Assembly: GCA_039189765.1 (NCBI GenBank)
Contig: JBCCYL010000008.1
Location: forward strand, 1 to 64,000
Length of the DNA: 64,000 nt
Reading direction: 5' to 3'
DNA from: Cyanobacteria bacterium P01_F01_bin.150
GTDB lineage: Bacteria > Cyanobacteriota > Cyanobacteriia > CAKZMO01
Below, in pieces: positions 59,692 through 64,000 of this stretch; within the stretch, counting starts at the first letter, position 1; every line of letters begins with the position of its first letter. The notes beneath the pieces are model-generated. The model made no database searches. It saw nothing but the letters and a program-made list of their open reading frames with translations, and was not told the origin of the DNA. The translations under genes were made by a program, and so were the position numbers.

Positions 59692-60390
59692 CTAGCTTGG
59701 AAGTAAGACGTTCTGGCTACTGAGTGCTCCTGGCAAAATATTATCCAATGTGACAATTCGAGTCAATGAGGTTCTCTCTTGCAAAGGATTAAGATTGACT
59801 CTCACTTCAACCCCTGTGCCGCTAGCCCTAAACTCAATCGCAGCACTATATTCGTCAGGGGAACTTAAGCCTGATCCTGCAACAATAGAGCGTAGATCTG
59901 CGACCTGTTCCGCCATTGAGGAAATCCTATCCGCGACTTCCGACGAGGCGATCGTTCCCTTTTCCGCCTAGCAGCAAATCATTCCCTTGCTGTCCAAAGA
60001 TTTTATCATTGCCATTTTGCCCAATAGGGCGATCTTTCTGTCCTCCACCTTTAAAGATGTCTTTGTCATCACCACCCAATAACTTAATCAATGCCCTTTT
60101 TGCCCAACAATTTGTCGTTGCCTTTAAGTCCTTTAAGAATATCGTTATGCCTACTGCCTTTGAGCTTGTCTTTTCCTTTTGTTCCTTGCTTGTTAATGCC
60201 CCGTTTGCCGCCTTTGAAGCGAATGGAAGCAAGGGCAGTACCTGGAACGAAGACCGACGTGACACCTCAACGGGAGGGCCAGGTGACAAATTGATGGGAT
60301 CGCTGGGGTCAATTGGAAGAATCCTTCTTTCGGTCAGATTATTAGGTGGGTCGTTGGCCGGATTAGAATTGCTTGTTGTATTGCCCCCAC
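59692..60390 (-). pseudogene. Degraded RTX/hemolysin-type calcium-binding protein
   Basis: GxxGxD nonapeptides continue across a +1 frameshift (~60086), an in-frame TAG (59929-59927) and a frame change near 59900 into a C-terminal segment. No plausible 5' end. Confidence 0.75.
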
Positions 60391-60658
60391 TCCTTTTTTG
60401 TTAAACAGAAATTTCTCAGTTAACAAAAAAACTATTTTTAAGATGGGATTATATATTTTTACACCAGAAATATTAACTACCTTGTTTACCGCTACCGAAG
60501 ATGTGACCAGATTGCATCCAAAGTTGCTAAATCTTACAAGCATATTCTCCGTGATGGTCACATGCTCAGAGGCGATCGCCAATGAATCCATGAGCATACG
60601 TTTCCGTACCAGAACATATGTCATTCCAGTAAAATCTGTTAAAGATTTCATCATGCCA

Positions 60659-61303
60659 TTAATTCAAAGCGTGTTGAGCTAGAACTTTTAAAATTTGCAG
60701 CACTTGATAGAGATCATTCCCTGGATCGATCAAGGAAAAGATAGGCGAGACGCTGTAAGCTGGGGTTTGCTGATGAGTAACTTTGAGGAAGCGGAAGTCA
60801 CTGCCATTGGTGAGTAGTCCAAAGGTGTCTTGAGGGGAGGCAGCACTCGCGTTGGGGCTGGCTAACATGTAGGCTAGCCCTTGAGGCATGGCCTTGTTCA
60901 AAGAAAATTCGCTGTGTTTAGATTCAATCACCACTACCCACAGCTTTTCCTGAAAAACTAAAATATCGATGCGCCCCCGGTAGAGAGTCTCTCCATCTCG
61001 TCCCGAAATCTCAACCGGGAATTCATCGCGCACCTGAATATCCTTGCCATAAAATCCTGCAAGCTCTAGCAACGGTGAGACAATCGCCATTTTGACCAGA
61101 TTTTCGGAGATGAGCAAGTGTCGCGTTAAGGCTATGAAGTGAGATTTGACCTGATCAAGGCGTCGTTTTTCCTCGATGGTCAATTCAGGGAGATTCCTTT
61201 GACACTCGGTAAAAGCATCGTGAGCGTCACTCATTTGTAAATCAAAACTTGTTTCCAAATCATAGAAACTCGTTTTCTCAGAAATCGCCACTGATTGAAC
61301 CAT
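60659..61303 (-). CDS. Stand-alone type I restriction enzyme R N-terminal-like (PD-(D/E)xK) protein
   Basis: SENLVKMAIVSPLLELAGFY, GRIDILV..VIESK, QGLAYM, GLLTNGSDFRF; no helicase, hsdM or hsdS nearby. Confidence 0.85.
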   Translation of the reverse strand: MVQSVAISEKTSFYDLETSFDLQMSDAHDAFTECQRNLPELTIEEKRRLDQVKSHFIALTRHLLISENLVKMAIVSPLLELAGFYGKDIQVRDEFPVEISGRDGETLYRGRIDILVFQEKLWVVVIESKHSEFSLNKAMPQGLAYMLASPNASAASPQDTFGLLTNGSDFRFLKVTHQQTPAYSVSPIFSLIDPGNDLYQVLQILKVLAQHALN

Positions 61304-61387
61304 CGTTCGCCCTGTTTTGCTAATCTTATTTATTAGTACATCAGCATTTAATGATAGTTTGGCGAATTTAGAATTGAGAATCCCCCT

Positions 61388-61413
61388 GGTTCCCAGGCTC
61401 TCGCTGGGAACGA
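61388..61413. repeat. REP-like palindrome
   Basis: GTTCCCAG-gctctcg-CTGGGAAC. Confidence 0.55.
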
Positions 61414-61719
61414 GAATATAAGCCGATTGCAATGGAAATGGGACGAAATTTCTGCCGCCCACGACCTAGGAAATAACATGCAAACTATAAATAAATTTAA
61501 GGGTAAATTTTTATAACTCCCAATTGGCCCATACTTAGCCCCTTCCACAAGCTTAAAGATATGTATATCAGTGCTTAAGCTCAATATAAAATGCAGAAAC
61601 CCTTGTTTGCATAAAAATTTTTATGCATGTTATTTTGTGGATGGGCGATCGCCAAACATCTTATTGACGATGATGCGTCATTCTCGTTTACTCATTCACC
61701 TAGCCTCACTCAAAACATC

Positions 61720-64000
61720 ATGAACACAACCTTTGCCAAGTTTGATTCCGCCACCAGCTTAGAAAACTATTTGGTTGAGCAAGCCCTTGAATCCTATAAA
61801 GGGGTGTTTGGAACAGAAGGCGGCTACTATTACCCCGTACGGGCTTTTTCTGGTGCCGTAGATAATATCGTCCTGGCTGAGACGGCTGCAACCGATCAAG
61901 CCACCTTTTCAGAGACGAATACCCAAGTAGACGGGGTGGATGAAGCGGACTTTATTGAAACCGACGGACAATTTATTTACCACGTCAACGGACAGCTATT
62001 GACTATTCTGGATGCCCGTCAACCTCAAAATTTAGACATTGCGACTCAAGTCTCCTTGAGCGGTAACGCCTATAAAGCAAGTAGTTCAGATGATATTAAT
62101 CTCGCCATTGATGCCTTCTATCCCATAAATAGCAATAGTTGGATCAACGGCATGTATTTGCAGGGCGATCGCCTCACCGTTATTGCGTCCGGCTGGTCTA
62201 CCATTAATGCTGATACAGCTTTAAGCACCTACTATTACTATCCAGGCACTAGTGAGGTTCAGGTCACCGTTTTCAATGTTGCTAATCCGGAAAAAATCAG
62301 CGTCCTTGAGTCCACAACGCTAGAGGGATCATTAGTAACCTCACGGGCAATCGACGATGAAGTTTTTGTGGTCACCAGTTCAAATTTTCAATTGCCAGGT
62401 CCTTTAAAGCTTGAAGACAGCTCTGAAGCTGGCTCAGGCAGTGGTGAACTAATCGATATCTATTCCGGGTCCACTGGAACCTATGAGACGGAGGAGCAAT
62501 ATCTTGAACGGATTAAAGATCAGATTCTAGAACTTGCCCTGCCTAATGTCGAAACGACTGATGCAAACGGTCAATCAGTTGTATCTGGACTCCTCACCCC
62601 GCCAACGGATGTGTACCAGCCCCTAATTGACGATCCGTGGCAACAGCTCACCACCGTATCAACCTTTGATATCAGTGATGGCAATCTGGGCGTTGATGCA
62701 GCGACGAGTATCCCAACAGGTTGGGTTGAAGAGACATTCGTCTCCAAAGACTACATGTATTTGTTGCGAACCAATTACCAAGGCCGCAACACTAAAACTG
62801 AGATTCTAAAGTATGACTTGAATACCGCCTCTCTGGTAGCCGAAGGAACCGTTCCAGGATATATCGATGACCAATTTTCAGTAGATGAACATAAGGGATT
62901 TCTAAGAATTTCCACAACTAAAGGCTTTGGAGACAAGTCCACGAATAACGTGTATGTCTTGGAACAAAATCAATCGTCTTTGGATATCGTCGGCAAAGTA
63001 GAAGATTTAGCTCCAGGAGAACGTATTTTTTCCACACGCTTTCAAGGGGATTATGGCTTTGTAGTGACGTTTCGCCAAGTCGATCCTCTATTCACCCTAG
63101 ATTTGAGTAATCCCAAAGATCCCAAAGTACTGGGCGAATTGAAAATACCAGGCTTTTCTGAGTATCTGCAAGTCATTCCTGATGGCAAGCGCACCCTCTT
63201 ATTAGGCGTCGGACAAGACGCAGATCCAGAGACTGGCCAATCTGAAAACCTCAAGGTTTCCTTATTTGACGTCACCAACTTAGAGAATCCAACGGAAATT
63301 GACAACTATATTTTTGAGGGCGACTTCACCTCGTCTGAAGCATTATGGGACCATCTGGCGATTACTTATTCTCCGGAGCATAAGCTACTGGCAATTCCAG
63401 CAGACTCATATAACTATGCAGAATATAGCTCTAAAAGCGCACTCCATGTTTTTGAAATCGATGGTACGGACGGTATAACCAGTCTGGGGAAAGTAACCCA
63501 TGGTGACGAATGGATCTATCGTAGTCTCTACATCGACGATACGCTGTTTTCTGTTTCAGGCCAGGAAATTTCAGCCCATCAGATTCCAACTATAGAAAAA
63601 TTAGACACGATTAAATGGTCAGGAAAGGGAGAGGGGGAACCAATTTTTGTACCAGGAAATGATTTACCTTTCTTTGGAACCATTCAGGACGAAGTCATCA
63701 CCGGTAGCGCAAGTCGTGACGTGATCAATGGCAAACGCGGTTATGACAGGCTAATGGGACGAAAAGGTCGTGATCTTATTCGGGGGAATAGAGGCGATGA
63801 CGAGCTATATGGTGGCAAAAACGACGATCGCCTCAAAGGCGGGCAGGGAGCAGATACGCTCCGGGGTGGCCAGGGTGATGATTCCCTCAAGGGAGGGAAA
63901 GGAAAAGATAACCTAAACGGAGGTTCTGGAAACGATCGTCTCCATGGCGGTGCGGATGCGGATATATTGGCTGGTGGTGGGGGAAGCGATCGCTTTATCT
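61720..64000 (+). CDS. Beta-propeller domain protein with C-terminal RTX calcium-binding repeats (3'-partial; absent from the ORF track)
   Basis: Open frame from ATG 61720: SETNTQVDGVDEADFIETDG, FSVDEHKGFLRISTT, GERIFSTRF..VVTFRQVDPLF..GELKIPGFSEYLQ, then about 10 GGxGxD nonapeptides to the window edge. Confidence 0.9.
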   Translation, partial: MNTTFAKFDSATSLENYLVEQALESYKGVFGTEGGYYYPVRAFSGAVDNIVLAETAATDQATFSETNTQVDGVDEADFIETDGQFIYHVNGQLLTILDARQPQNLDIATQVSLSGNAYKASSSDDINLAIDAFYPINSNSWINGMYLQGDRLTVIASGWSTINADTALSTYYYYPGTSEVQVTVFNVANPEKISVLESTTLEGSLVTSRAIDDEVFVVTSSNFQLPGPLKLEDSSEAGSGSGELIDIYSGSTGTYETEEQYLERIKDQILELALPNVETTDANGQSVVSGLLTPPTDVYQPLIDDPWQQLTTVSTFDISDGNLGVDAATSIPTGWVEETFVSKDYMYLLRTNYQGRNTKTEILKYDLNTASLVAEGTVPGYIDDQFSVDEHKGFLRISTTKGFGDKSTNNVYVLEQNQSSLDIVGKVEDLAPGERIFSTRFQGDYGFVVTFRQVDPLFTLDLSNPKDPKVLGELKIPGFSEYLQVIPDGKRTLLLGVGQDADPETGQSENLKVSLFDVTNLENPTEIDNYIFEGDFTSSEALWDHLAITYSPEHKLLAIPADSYNYAEYSSKSALHVFEIDGTDGITSLGKVTHGDEWIYRSLYIDDTLFSVSGQEISAHQIPTIEKLDTIKWSGKGEGEPIFVPGNDLPFFGTIQDEVITGSASRDVINGKRGYDRLMGRKGRDLIRGNRGDDELYGGKNDDRLKGGQGADTLRGGQGDDSLKGGKGKDNLNGGSGNDRLHGGADADILAGGGGSDRFI

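Noticed and set aside
60334..60682. Overlapping ~100-aa ORFs on both strands
   Set aside because: No recognisable motifs or RBS; probably non-coding or decayed sequence.
60659..61462. Complete type I restriction-modification system
   Set aside because: Only a ~214-aa nuclease-like domain; no helicase, methyltransferase or specificity gene. The ORF-track extension to 61462 runs through a palindrome and is probably not coding.

Overview
64-kb chromosomal window from a cyanobacterium, probably filamentous. Evidence: frequent HIP1 octamers GCGATCGC, a cyanobacterial tmRNA tag ANNIVPFARKSAPVAVA, and fraH-, hpsJ- and patX-like genes. Most of it is core genome: ssrA, amt, selO, cbiD-guaA, dGTPase, apt, pgl-fraH, mreBCD, rodA, mutS2 and cfa. 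It also has signalling genes (a CHASE2-GGDEF-EAL/DUF928/TPR-CHAT module and a 2232-aa Ser/Thr kinase-AAA-GAF-HisK-REC hybrid). Most notable: (1) an McdA/McdB-like carboxysome-positioning pair whose McdB is 566 aa, with a histone-H1-like basic repeat region and a duplicated coiled coil; (2) a phased DnaA-box cluster between guaA and the dGTPase gene, with no dnaA/dnaN in the window; (3) a dispersed family of about nine ~80-bp nested-hairpin elements with covarying stems; (4) a PatX-like RGSGR peptide gene; (5) in-frame tandem-repeat insertions in mutS2 and a membrane-protein gene; (6) a probable IS end disrupting a TauE gene beside the tmRNA 3' end; (7) an RTX pseudogene, plus a beta-propeller/RTX gene that runs off the right edge and is missing from the ORF track. 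No CRISPR array, tRNA or rRNA was seen. All calls come from reading the sequence by eye; no database searches were run.
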